DNA of 64,000 nt from an uncultured Chloroflexia bacterium (GTDB taxonomy: Bacteria; Chloroflexota; Anaerolineae; Anaerolineales; UBA11858). Location: assembly GCA_963827805.1 (NCBI GenBank), contig CAWHCC010000007.1, positions 553,664 to 617,663 on the forward strand, written 5' to 3'. Made by a program: the position numbers and the translations under genes. Below the pieces are notes generated by a model. The model made no database searches and was not told the DNA's origin. It saw nothing but the letters and a program-made list of their open reading frames with translations. Positions 19,938 to 29,509 of this stretch are shown in pieces. Position 1 is the first letter of the stretch. Every line of letters begins with the position of its first letter.

Positions 19938-22900
19938 TTATTTCCTCCGTTGAGACCATAGCCAAGCACTCACTCCTGCCCCAATTGCTAAAATTCCACC
20001 CCCAATGATGATGAGTAAATTTGTTGAATTTGATTCGTCAAGTTGAGTTTCTAATTCTTGTGTAGGGGCTTTCGTCGTGTCAGGTTCCATTGTTGGTTCG
20101 GGAACAACTTTAGTGACCTCGATTTCCGGTTGAGTAACTACATTCTCCCGCACGAAAACCGCTGTAGACCGCCCAGCCAGCGTGAAGGTCTGCGTGCCAG
20201 CATCGTAGCTGGCCTGGGAGTTGTGTGCATCTGTCAATAACGGATGCAGCACCAAATCACCGGCTTCCATATCTTTCAGGGTGAAGCTGATTTCACCAGG
20301 GTCGGCATTCCACAAAACTACAACGAGATCATAATTGGTATCCAGGCGTTCAGTTGCATCATTGATCGACATCACGATCATTCCGGGGATCTGGTCGGGA
20401 CCCAGGTTGTGGAACGCGACCTGCTCCAAGATCTGTTCCGCGCTCTGTAAGCGGAAGAGCGGCGAACTGCTTCGGATTTGCACCCACTGCTCGAAGAGTT
20501 CCTGCGACATCAAGATTTCGGCCTGGGTGGGAGCGATATCGGGGTTCGCCAGCAAGGGCTGCATGATGGACCATTGGCCGCCGTTCTTGTCTTCAATGGG
20601 CAGGCCGCGCCCCCAACCGCTGTTGTTGTTGGTCCAATCGAGAGCGTTGAACCAATCGGTCGAATCGTAGCTGTCCCGGTCGAATGATTTCGAGCGCAGC
20701 ATTTCGCTGCCCGCGTGATAGAAAGGGACCCCCTGGCTGAAGGTGACCAAACTCAGGCCCAGACTCTGCACGTAGACGCGCTCTTCTAGGCTGGTAGCAG
20801 CGGGCACTTTGTACTGCACAGCATCAAATAGGGTTTCGTTATCGTGTGCCGAAACGTAGACGATATTCTCGGTTGGGGTGGCGGTGTACCCGGCATTGGG
20901 TGAACCGTTATACATAATCTCTGCCCCTGTGACGGTTTCACCTTCACCATTGACAAATTCATAAGCTGCCAGGTTGCCCGCCAGCGTCAGGCGGATCAAA
21001 TCTTTTTGGTTGAGTAAGATCGCAAGTTGCTGTTCTTTGGGCAGACTGTTAACCTCGTTCGGATCGAAATACATCCCGGTGGTAAAACCCTGATCTTGTT
21101 TGTCGCCAAAGGGATTTCCTCCGCGAGCAGCGTCTCGCATTCGATCATTAAAAGGTGCCGATTCCGGAGCCAATCAAATTAATTTGGGTGGCATTTGTGC
21201 CGCGGGCGTTTTCAGCAACTTCGCCAAAATCCCAGCCTTCGCCGTAAACGAAAACCATTTCGCCATCTACACCATCTGCTTCAGGGGTCAAGGTGTCCAA
21301 TGCATCCCGGAGTTGGACTATATCATCGACCATGTGATGACCCATTAGGTCGAAGCGGAAACCGTCGACTTTGTAATCTGTCGCCCAGGTCAGCACCAAA
21401 TCGATCATCAATTTGCGCATCATATCGTGCTCGGTGGCAGTATTGGCGCAGCAGGTGCTACTCTCGACTGCACCGTTGCCGTTGAGCCGGTGATAGTAAC
21501 CGGGAACGATCCGGTCAAGCACCGATTTGTCGCTCTGACCGCTGGCGTTTGTGTGGTTGTAGACTACATCCATGACCACGCGCAGCCCGAAAGCGTTCAG
21601 CGCTTGCACCATCTCGCGGAATTCCACAATACGGGCAGTGCCATCAGGGTCCGTGCTGTAGCTGCCTTCGGGTACGGTGTAGTGGAAGGGATCGTAACCC
21701 CAGTTGAAGGGGTCTTTGCCGCGCACAGCGTTAGCCGCGGCTTGCTGATCCTTTGCATCGGGCGGGTAGGTAACTAGTTCGTCAAAATCTACGTTCTCCC
21801 ACTCGGCTTTCCTTTCGTTGATCGTGGCAATATCGAAGGCGGGCAACAGGTGGACGTGGGTCACACCGGCCTCGGCCAGACCGCTGAGATGCTGCATCCC
21901 GTTGCTGTCAGCTTGAGCAAACGCAGCAAAAGTGCCGCGCAACTCTTCGGGAACGGTTTCGTCAATTGCGCTGAAATCACGGATATGCAGTTCGTAGAGC
22001 ACGATATCGGTGAAGGCGTTCAGTTCTGGTTTGGCGACCGCGTCCCAGCCATCGGGCAGCAGCGCGGGGTCGTTGAGGTCGACGATCTGGCTTCGGGAGG
22101 AGTTGGCAGCCAGGTTAAAGGAGTAAGGATCGGTGACCAGATTGTGCACGAACTGGCCTTCCTGGCGGATGAAGACTTCCACATCGTACAGATAGAATTT
22201 ACCCTTCCAGTCGGCTTCGCCTGTGACAGACCAGATACCCGTGTATCTGTCCCATTCCATTGGTATTTCGGCATAATCGTCGGAGGTGCTGTCATTGAAA
22301 AGGGACAGCTTGACGGATTTTGCGGTCGGTGCCCAGACATTCAGAGTTGGGCTATCCCCTTCAAATTTCACGCCCAGGGTTTCATCCCAGGTGGCCGCGG
22401 CATATAAATCATCGAGCACCCCTGGGATTTGCAGCGCGGTCGCGCCCTGCGGTGATCCATCCGCACTGGCAGCACCGATGACGACCTGTCCACGCAGTAC
22501 GTCCGGCAGCAGATCGAGATATTCATCCGCGAGTTTAAGCATCGCCAAACCCTGCAGGTGGGGGAATTTCTCAGCGATTTCAGGGCGCATCACATTTCCG
22601 ACGTAGAGCAACGGCAGGGTCTTGGCGTTTTGGATGCCGTCGGCGGTCAGTTCGAGATCGCCATCAGCGCTGTAGTACAGGCTGACAACCATTTCAGCGT
22701 TGATGTCGGTATCCCAGGCGATGAAGTTCTTCGAGACCCAGTAAGCCTGGGCTTTGTTTTTGATATCGCCGAGGCGGGCAGCCTGAAAGGCTTCGAGGGC
22801 GGCTTCAGCGGAGGTATGCTGCTCGGCGCTGCCTTCGACTTGCCAGATTTCGCGGCCCTTAACACTGAATTGCAGCTTTTGGTCGGGGCCAGGGTCTTTT

Positions 22901-23550
22901 TCATCCCCGTTGTGAATGATGTAGTTGAGGTGATCGGCGTCAAGTTGCATATCGATAATCCAATAAATTCCGAATTCGTCTTGTCCCGCGGATTGGAGGG
23001 GGTTCTCCCAAGTGATACCTTCCACGGCGGTAGGCCCCCAGATGTGCAGCCCCCATCCCGCATAGTCCTCGCGGGCGCGTTTATAGTGAATGATAATGGT
23101 GTTCTCGCCGCTGGCGGGCGGCTCAGTGATGACCACTTCTGTGGAGGTCAGGGCGGTTTCAGCATCCGGGAATTGTTCGGCGCTGCCCTGGATCAGCCAG
23201 ATTTCACAGCCGACCTCGGCAAACGTCATCGTTTGGTCAGGACCGGGATCCTTTTCATCGCCATTGTGGACGATATAGTTGAGCAGGTCGGCGTCCTGGG
23301 CCATCGGTACTTCCCAGAAGATGCCGTAATCGTCAGCGCCGGTGGGACGGAAGGGTTCCGTCCAGGTCACGCCGTCAACTGCGGTAGGTCCCCAGATGTG
23401 CAGTCCCCAGCCTTCGTAATCAATGCCGTTTCGTTTGTAGTGCACGACGGCTATTTCGCAAGTATCCTGGCCTTGGGCCAGGGCTACACCCGGCATCAGG
23501 ATCGGCAAAATGAAGGCGAAAAGCAGAAGAATTGAAAAGGTACGTTTCAC
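19938..23550 (-). pseudogene. pulA: type I pullulanase (GH13) with two N-terminal CBM41-like repeats and a C-terminal transmembrane anchor; +1 frameshift
   Basis: ORF 21148-23550 ends at GSGIGTF-stop and ORF 19938-21173 continues with NDRMRDAARGG. Deleting one A from the A4 run at 21150-21153 gives GSGIGTFNDRMRD. GH13 motifs are MDVVYNHT, GFRFDLMGH, YGEGWDFGE and YVSAHDNETL. Confidence 0.85.
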
Positions 23551-23940
23551 AAAATTTCTCCTTGATGGTTTTCAAACTCGATTGTAGAGAAACTCAATAT
23601 TAGAGTTGTTCACAAATAATTTGGTAAAAGCTTTGGACAAGGATTTACACAGATTTTTTGGTCAAAAGAAAAAAGAATGCGGGTTTACACCTGCACGATT
23701 ACTTCAGGGACAAATTTCCGTGAACACCTGGGTCTGTTTTTCTGACCCTAATTTGGGGGGAAGTATATCTTTTTTAGATTGCTCATTTATTACAATGACC
23801 ATTTTACCTGAAATTGCATTATGTAAATCAAAGGGGCGAGGTATCAAATTTCCCAGCCTACTTGACAAAATAGAACTTTTGTTCTAATATATTTATGTAG
23901 AGCATGTTGATTTAGGTTTTTGCCGATAAGGAGGCAAATC

Positions 23941-24693
23941 ATGTTGAATGGAAATTTTTCTAGTTTTTCTAGACATCTACGCTTACAACGCGGTTTTTTG
24001 TTCGGCGTATTAATTGTAGGCGCATTGTTGGCTTTTGAGCTTTTCAACTATTCCACCACGGATTTCGCCCTTACGGATTTGCTGGGTGATCTTACATTTT
24101 TGGGGATTACTTGGGCAACGATATTGTCCGTAGCATTCTGTGGCATCGATTTTGCCGGCGTCGCCCGACTTTTTACACCCGAACAGGGACGCGATGAGCC
24201 CACAGAGGTGTGGTACTTGTTTGGGGCCTGGATGTTGGCTGCCACCATGAATGCTATGCTGACTTGGTGGGGTGTTTCTATTGCTTTGCTCAATCATCAA
24301 AGTTTGGGAACGGCGGTTGTAGAGCGGGCTACCCTAATCAAGATTGTACCAATTTTTGTTGCGGTGATGGTTTGGTTGACCCGTGTACTAATTATTGGAA
24401 CGCTATCTGTTGCCGGTGATCGCATTTTCAGTCAGGCGGAGATTCGAAAAACAGTTGCCCGATCTCCAAAGAGAACTTATTCCAAACAACGGGCCTCGAC
24501 ATCCCGCCCCGCAAACGGTCGCTCAATTGGTGTTTCCCGAGGTGTAAGGGCCTCTGAAGCTGGAGCCACATCTTATCGCCCTGCTCCCAAACCTGAACCC
24601 ACTTATGAGACAGATTATGCCAACCAAGAACCAATTTATACGCCCGTCTCATTTAGCGGAAACCGTAACAACAATCGGCAGGCACGTTTCTAG
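23941..24693 (+). CDS. hypothetical membrane protein with a disordered basic C-terminal tail
   Basis: ATG at 23941 with AAGGAGG 6 nt upstream. About 4 hydrophobic segments. Confidence 0.6.
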   Translation: MLNGNFSSFSRHLRLQRGFLFGVLIVGALLAFELFNYSTTDFALTDLLGDLTFLGITWATILSVAFCGIDFAGVARLFTPEQGRDEPTEVWYLFGAWMLAATMNAMLTWWGVSIALLNHQSLGTAVVERATLIKIVPIFVAVMVWLTRVLIIGTLSVAGDRIFSQAEIRKTVARSPKRTYSKQRASTSRPANGRSIGVSRGVRASEAGATSYRPAPKPEPTYETDYANQEPIYTPVSFSGNRNNNRQARF

Positions 24694-24711
24694 ATAAACT
24701 TGCTTTGCCTT

Positions 24712-24772
24712 AAATAAAAGCCGGCGATCTCGGGAAGGCTAAGGTTAATAAACGAGATCGCCGGTTTGTTTT
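24712..24772. terminator. bidirectional terminator between the membrane-protein gene and glnA
   Basis: 12-13 bp stem (GCCGGCGATCTCG / CGAGATCGCCGG) with an A-rich 5' flank and TTTGTTTT on the 3' flank. Confidence 0.6.
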
Positions 24773-24809
24773 AATTGTTTCTAAATCATTCGATATTTCT
24801 TACTCACAA

Positions 24810-26150
24810 TCAGGCTGTCTCCAGGTAGCGTTCAATTTCCCAATCGGAAACTCGGGTGCGATGCTCGTCGATTTCAGCCCACTTCGCTCTTTTGAAGGCA
24901 GTGTATATTTCAGAACCCAAGGCGGTTTTGATCACATCATCTTTTTCAACTTCTCGCATAGCTTCAGCCAAAGAACCAGGTAACTCCGCGATACCATATT
25001 CGTCCCGTTCTTCCACCGTCATATTGTATACATTCACGTTATTGAGTGGGGCAGGGCAATCCATCTTGTTATCAATTCCGTCCAGGCCGACAGCCAGCAT
25101 TGCAGCAATCGCCAGGTATGGATTAGCAGATGGATCGGGACAGCGCAGTTCGGCGCGTACAGCTTTATCGCGTCCGGGCATATAACGCGGAATACGGATA
25201 AGGGCCGAACGGTTGGTCTGCGCCCATCCCACATAGACGGGGGCCTCATAACCGGGAACCAAACGTTTATAAGAGTTGACCGTTGGAGCAACCACAGCAG
25301 CCAACCCTCGAGCGTGGTTAAGTTGTCCAGCAATAAAGCCATAGGCCATCTCAGACAGATGAAATTCATCCTCAGCATTGTAGAACAGGTTATTGCCGTC
25401 CTGATCGAAAAGTGATTGGTGGCAATGCATCCCTGATCCGTTGATGCCGAAGATTGGCTTCGGCATGAAGGATGCAATCAAACCGTGTTTGGCGGCGATG
25501 GCCTTGACGGTGTATTTCATGGTCAGGATATTATCGGCTGCTTCAACGGCATTGGTATAACGAAAATCGATTTCGTGCTGCCCAAGTGCAACTTCATGGT
25601 GTCCCATCTCAATCTGCAAACCCATCGTCGCCAGGGCATCCATCAATTCGGCTCGTACCCGTAAGGCTTCATCGGAGGCAGAAAAATCGAAATAGCCGCC
25701 CACATCATGGGGAACGGGATGGATATTATCTGGCCCATTCCGCTTGAAGAGGAAAAATTCGGGCTCGGGACCAATATTGAGGGTCCAGCCGCGGGACTCG
25801 ATTTGTGTCAGGATACGTTTCAGGGTCCCACGCGGATCCCCAGGAAAGGGATTTCCATCCGGTTGAAAAATATCACAGAAAACACGTCCCCGCCGGCGTT
25901 CAATGGAACTCCAGGGGAGGACAGAGTAGGTGTTTTTGTCGATTACCAAACGCATATCGCTTTCCTGGATGCGAGCAAACCCCTGTACAGAGGAGCCATC
26001 AAACCAGATGCCATCTTCGAGGGCAATTTCAAGGCGGTGGACAGGTATATCCACACTCTTGACCGCGCCAGTGACATCGGTGAATTGGAGTGAAATGAAT
26101 TTTACTCCGTCGGCTTTAACTTGAGCGAGTAAACTCTTTGTATCCATCAT
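24810..26150 (-). CDS. glnA: glutamine synthetase type I
   Basis: GS-I sequence throughout, including the ATP-site region FMPKPIFGINGSGMHCHQSL. The start is placed at ATGATG (26150/26147), which is preceded by GGAGG. The tracked TTG start at 26204 is unlikely. Confidence 0.9.
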   Translation of the reverse strand: MMDTKSLLAQVKADGVKFISLQFTDVTGAVKSVDIPVHRLEIALEDGIWFDGSSVQGFARIQESDMRLVIDKNTYSVLPWSSIERRRGRVFCDIFQPDGNPFPGDPRGTLKRILTQIESRGWTLNIGPEPEFFLFKRNGPDNIHPVPHDVGGYFDFSASDEALRVRAELMDALATMGLQIEMGHHEVALGQHEIDFRYTNAVEAADNILTMKYTVKAIAAKHGLIASFMPKPIFGINGSGMHCHQSLFDQDGNNLFYNAEDEFHLSEMAYGFIAGQLNHARGLAAVVAPTVNSYKRLVPGYEAPVYVGWAQTNRSALIRIPRYMPGRDKAVRAELRCPDPSANPYLAIAAMLAVGLDGIDNKMDCPAPLNNVNVYNMTVEERDEYGIAELPGSLAEAMREVEKDDVIKTALGSEIYTAFKRAKWAEIDEHRTRVSDWEIERYLETA

Positions 26151-26260
26151 AGCCTCCATAGCTGATTGTTTCACAGTGTGTTGTCTCAAACTAATATGTT
26201 TCAAGAGTTACTGTAAAACCTAAATAAATGTCAGGATAATTTTGTTTTCTGACACTCGAT

Positions 26261-26290
26261 TAAATAAAATAAGCACGCCTGGGCGTGCCC
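26261..26290 (-). terminator. intrinsic terminator inside the glnA leader
   Basis: Minus strand: GCACGC-CCAG-GCGUGC followed by UUAUUUUAUUU, about 110 nt upstream of the glnA start. Confidence 0.5.
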
Positions 26291-26621
26291 TTCGCGATTT
26301 ATTACATTCGCGGCAGCCCCTTCCACTAATAACCAGCTTTTGCTTGTATATAAAAAAAGCTGTATCACTATAGGTGTCTTGTATCTTACGTTACCGTAAG
26401 GTTTTCGACACTGCAAGAATTTTTCTCGCGCCTACTTTTAGGAAGGGAGAAACGAAGCCCGTGACCAGGCTTCAGAGGCATCCGCTGATCGATCCGATTT
26501 TCCAACCTGATCTCTGATCAGGCTGTTAGCGCTCCCCGCGAAGGGAGGAGCCTTTACCTCGTAACCCCGGCGTACCGGGGCTCAGTCGCTAAATCTCCGT
26601 ATTTAGTTGTCTAATCAATTG
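26291..26621 (-). promoter_or_regulatory. highly structured 5' leader RNA of glnA (unclassified candidate riboswitch or attenuator)
   Basis: A GC-rich island at 26441-26600 sits in AT-rich DNA. Perfect hairpins lie at 26565-26580, 26532-26547, 26506-26522, 26454-26473, 26385-26400 and 26335-26362. The loops read UACG and GUAA only on the minus strand. Confidence 0.35.
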
Positions 26622-26627
26622 GGCGCA

Positions 26628-26656
26628 ATACTACCAGATGCAAGTTATGATGTCAA
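26628..26656 (-). promoter_or_regulatory. sigma70-type promoter for the glnA leader
   Basis: Minus strand: TTGACA (26656-26651), a 17-nt spacer, then TAGTAT (26633-26628). Confidence 0.45.
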
Positions 26657-26708
26657 GAGAAAATAATCTGTTCTGGAAGTGGCAAATAATTCGTTATTGA
26701 TGGTATGC

Positions 26709-26774
26709 AGGACTGGCGGTCCTCAGGACTAAAAATTTACTCACGAGCTGAAAGTTTCCAGGACTGCCAGTCCT
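26709..26774. promoter_or_regulatory. pair of AGGACT-based palindromes (operator-like)
   Basis: AGGACTGGCGGTCCT (26709-26723), an extra AGGACT half-site (26725-26730) and AGGACTGCCAGTCCT (26760-26774). The palindrome centres are 51 bp apart. Confidence 0.4.
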
Positions 26775-27187
26775 AAAGTGCGTAACATGAGTTCGTTACA
26801 AACTACCTAAATAACCAGGGCAAATCATCTTGTGGTTAGTTCTTTTAAAAAGAGCTGTTTTGATGACAAGTTTGGACGAATGCCAGATATTTTTGCTCGC
26901 ATTGTTTTCAACTCCTCGTAATTGAAATCCTCTGCAGCATGCGCTTAATGTATTTGTAAGGTATTTCTTAAGGAAATTGCTAATGGGTTTGATGCTGAGC
27001 GCGATATAATCTAATTATATCAACTCACCCCGCACAATTAAATCGCGAAGACATATCTTTTGAAGAAGATGTACCCCAGGAATCCATTGAGGATTTAAAG
27101 CAAATTCTGGATGCAGTTTCTTCACTTGAGCAGATTGAATTATCCCAGGAAGAAATCAATGAGATTGTAAGTCAATTATCGCGCGCG

Positions 27188-29509
27188 ATGCCGGCTGGCG
27201 ATATACCGGGTGTAGTCAAGAGTGGCTTGGCCCGGCTCCGGGAAAGGCATATTCAAGATGATGCTGCTGACCGAGATATCGAGTGGTTGACTGGACGTCT
27301 TAAACCTTTTGTTGACCGAGCCAAATATCTGGGGGTTTTCGTGGGCCCTGCTTCTGCAATTTGGGTGTACCAAAACCTTTTGAAATTGGCCGGCAAGAAT
27401 TCTGAGGATGCTTTTCCCAATGGTCTTTGGCAATTCTATTGCGAATACGCTTTACGAGAGGATACTGCTCGCCATACCAATGAGAGCTGTGGTTTTGACA
27501 CCATTTTAAATGTTCACGACATCAATTTAAATCGAGTTGACAGGGCTACAGCGTGGGTGATGGCTGCTGTTCATTGCTTGCACCAATATGATGATTTGAT
27601 AGAGAATGAGTGGCGCGAGCGTATGTATACGCATTTGTTACGAGAAGTAACAGCCGAAATTACTGACGCAGCGCGCTACAATCGCCTCTATCAGGCATGG
27701 CGAAATCATCTGCCTTATCATCGTGATCATGATGCTGGTTTTGATGATACATACCCAATATATCGGCGCAGGAAGTTTGACGAATTTCTTGCGGAGGCAA
27801 CCAAAAACCTAGCGGGCAATTATATGAAAGCTTGGAGTGAACGAGTTCAAGCCGCGGAGGAAACCGACCTGCCCCTTTACCAGCGACAAATGACGATTTT
27901 GTCCCATTTGATTCCTGGACCTCATCGAGAGGACCGCCGTTTACTGGCGATAGAAAAAGCAAAAATTGCAGTAATTTACCAAGGGGTCTATTATATATTT
28001 CCAATATGTGACGAAAAGGGTAATCCAATTGATGTTGAACACGTTCGCAGCATGATCGCGGCAATCTATGCTTCTCCGGTAAAAGGCAATCCTTTCCAAT
28101 TAACATATTTTCCGGGAATGCGTAGAGCATCATTGTCAGAATTTCTGAAGAAAACAAAAAATCCAGAAATTGATAAGTTAGATATTCTAGATGAGGTTCC
28201 AATTGTCATCAATTTTGATCGGCGGGATCCGGAACTGCCTCTAGCGGCGATCCGGCGTTCAGAACGCGGGATTGGATCTCATCCTCTAACACTTATCGAT
28301 ACAGGGAAAACAATGGTTTTCGATCAGTCACATATTTACTTTGATGGTGCTTGGGGAGCAGCCCTGGCAGAGATAATGACAAACGAGGCACTTTCTTGGG
28401 GTGTTTATCTCTATACCCTAAAAAATGCTGAACCAGACGCTGATCCGCCGCAATCAATGAGCATATCGTTATCTGATGATGATCTGAAGCTGATTCAAAA
28501 AACTCCACGAGTTGAATTTGAAGCCTGGGCAAAATCAGCAAATGTGAAGATCAAAGCTATTCTAGCGTTGCGCAAGATGTTCAAGCGTCGCAGCGATTTG
28601 ATCCAGCTCACGGTAAATGATTTATTAGTGCTTTATCGAGGAATTCATACGGCACTCTACCAACCCTCCAATGAAATTGTGGATGAGTTGAGTGAGTATA
28701 TTTTAAAATTAGCAGATGATGAGGTAGCTTTATCTGCTCTGGAAGCCCTGAGAAAGAGCTGGGAGACTCAACGGATTAACCCCTCCATATTGATCCCGGT
28801 TGATGCCAGTGAACAATCTCCACGTGAACGCGTCCACCCTTTGGGATTTGAGGTTCCTCTTTCAGATTTGAATTTACTAGACCTCCATCAAAGAGTGGTT
28901 GAAGCTCTAAATGATTATTGGAATGCCTCAGGGGATCGACACGAAACTTATCAGAAATTTGACCAGCTCCAGCGTGAATATCTAACGACCATAGCGGCAT
29001 TTGGGGGTGTTTTTACGAAAGCTAAAACTATCGCGGTTACCGGAGAGAGTGCCAGTCTGGGCACCCTCAAATTGTTGGCTCATTTACCCGAACCCGTTCA
29101 GCATTGGTTAGATTCAATTCTTACAGAAGTGGACGTACTAAATGATTTAACCAAAGGGAATGAAGTTTTTTCAAATGTTGGGGCGGTGGTACCCACCAGC
29201 ACTTTGACGCGCTTCCTAAGTGCAAAAGACGACAATGAAAAGAAAAATTTGGTTTGGGGGGTTCTCACTGACGCAGAAGGCACTATGCGTATCACACTGA
29301 GAGATTTCCGGCCGCATGTGGGTTTTTTCGTTGAAACGGGCTATCAAGAATTAGCGAATAAAATTACCCAAGATTATTTAGATAGTTTTGTTGAAGGATT
29401 GAATCAATTTGTTACTGACTTGCGACGGGTTACTGTTGCCAGCCGGGAAACTCGCCTTGCTTTTATTCAAGATATTCGTAAACTGAACGAGGCAGGAAAC
29501 ACCGAATGA
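27188..29509 (+). CDS. large conserved-looking hypothetical protein (773 aa as tracked; the N-terminus may lie further upstream)
   Basis: Long uninterrupted ORF with no motif I recognise. The same frame is open and reads like coding sequence (acidic, helical) back to 26999 but has no start codon there. An ATG at 26983 with AAGGA 8 nt upstream sits in the -1 frame, so a +1 frameshift near 27004 would give about 841 aa. Confidence 0.7.
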   Translation: MPAGDIPGVVKSGLARLRERHIQDDAADRDIEWLTGRLKPFVDRAKYLGVFVGPASAIWVYQNLLKLAGKNSEDAFPNGLWQFYCEYALREDTARHTNESCGFDTILNVHDINLNRVDRATAWVMAAVHCLHQYDDLIENEWRERMYTHLLREVTAEITDAARYNRLYQAWRNHLPYHRDHDAGFDDTYPIYRRRKFDEFLAEATKNLAGNYMKAWSERVQAAEETDLPLYQRQMTILSHLIPGPHREDRRLLAIEKAKIAVIYQGVYYIFPICDEKGNPIDVEHVRSMIAAIYASPVKGNPFQLTYFPGMRRASLSEFLKKTKNPEIDKLDILDEVPIVINFDRRDPELPLAAIRRSERGIGSHPLTLIDTGKTMVFDQSHIYFDGAWGAALAEIMTNEALSWGVYLYTLKNAEPDADPPQSMSISLSDDDLKLIQKTPRVEFEAWAKSANVKIKAILALRKMFKRRSDLIQLTVNDLLVLYRGIHTALYQPSNEIVDELSEYILKLADDEVALSALEALRKSWETQRINPSILIPVDASEQSPRERVHPLGFEVPLSDLNLLDLHQRVVEALNDYWNASGDRHETYQKFDQLQREYLTTIAAFGGVFTKAKTIAVTGESASLGTLKLLAHLPEPVQHWLDSILTEVDVLNDLTKGNEVFSNVGAVVPTSTLTRFLSAKDDNEKKNLVWGVLTDAEGTMRITLRDFRPHVGFFVETGYQELANKITQDYLDSFVEGLNQFVTDLRRVTVASRETRLAFIQDIRKLNEAGNTE

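Noticed and set aside
26441-26600. Assigning the GC-rich structured segment to a known RNA family (M-box, glutamine riboswitch, ZTP, yybP, SRP RNA, 6S RNA, RNase P, tmRNA).
   Set aside because: Only short chance-level resemblances exist, for example GUUACGAGGUAAAGGCUCC compared with the M-box GUUAGGUGAGGCUCC, and GAAGGGCACGCC compared with the glutamine-riboswitch GAAGGAACGCGCC. The full set of conserved boxes for each family is absent, so I report it only as unclassified.
26707-26723. GGACTGGCG, which resembles the ZTP riboswitch GACUGGCG box; a CGCCTGGGC-like string also occurs at 26276-26284.
   Set aside because: The two strings are more than 400 nt apart in the wrong order for one aptamer, and the intervening conserved elements are missing. 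The 26276 string is better explained as the glnA-leader terminator stem.
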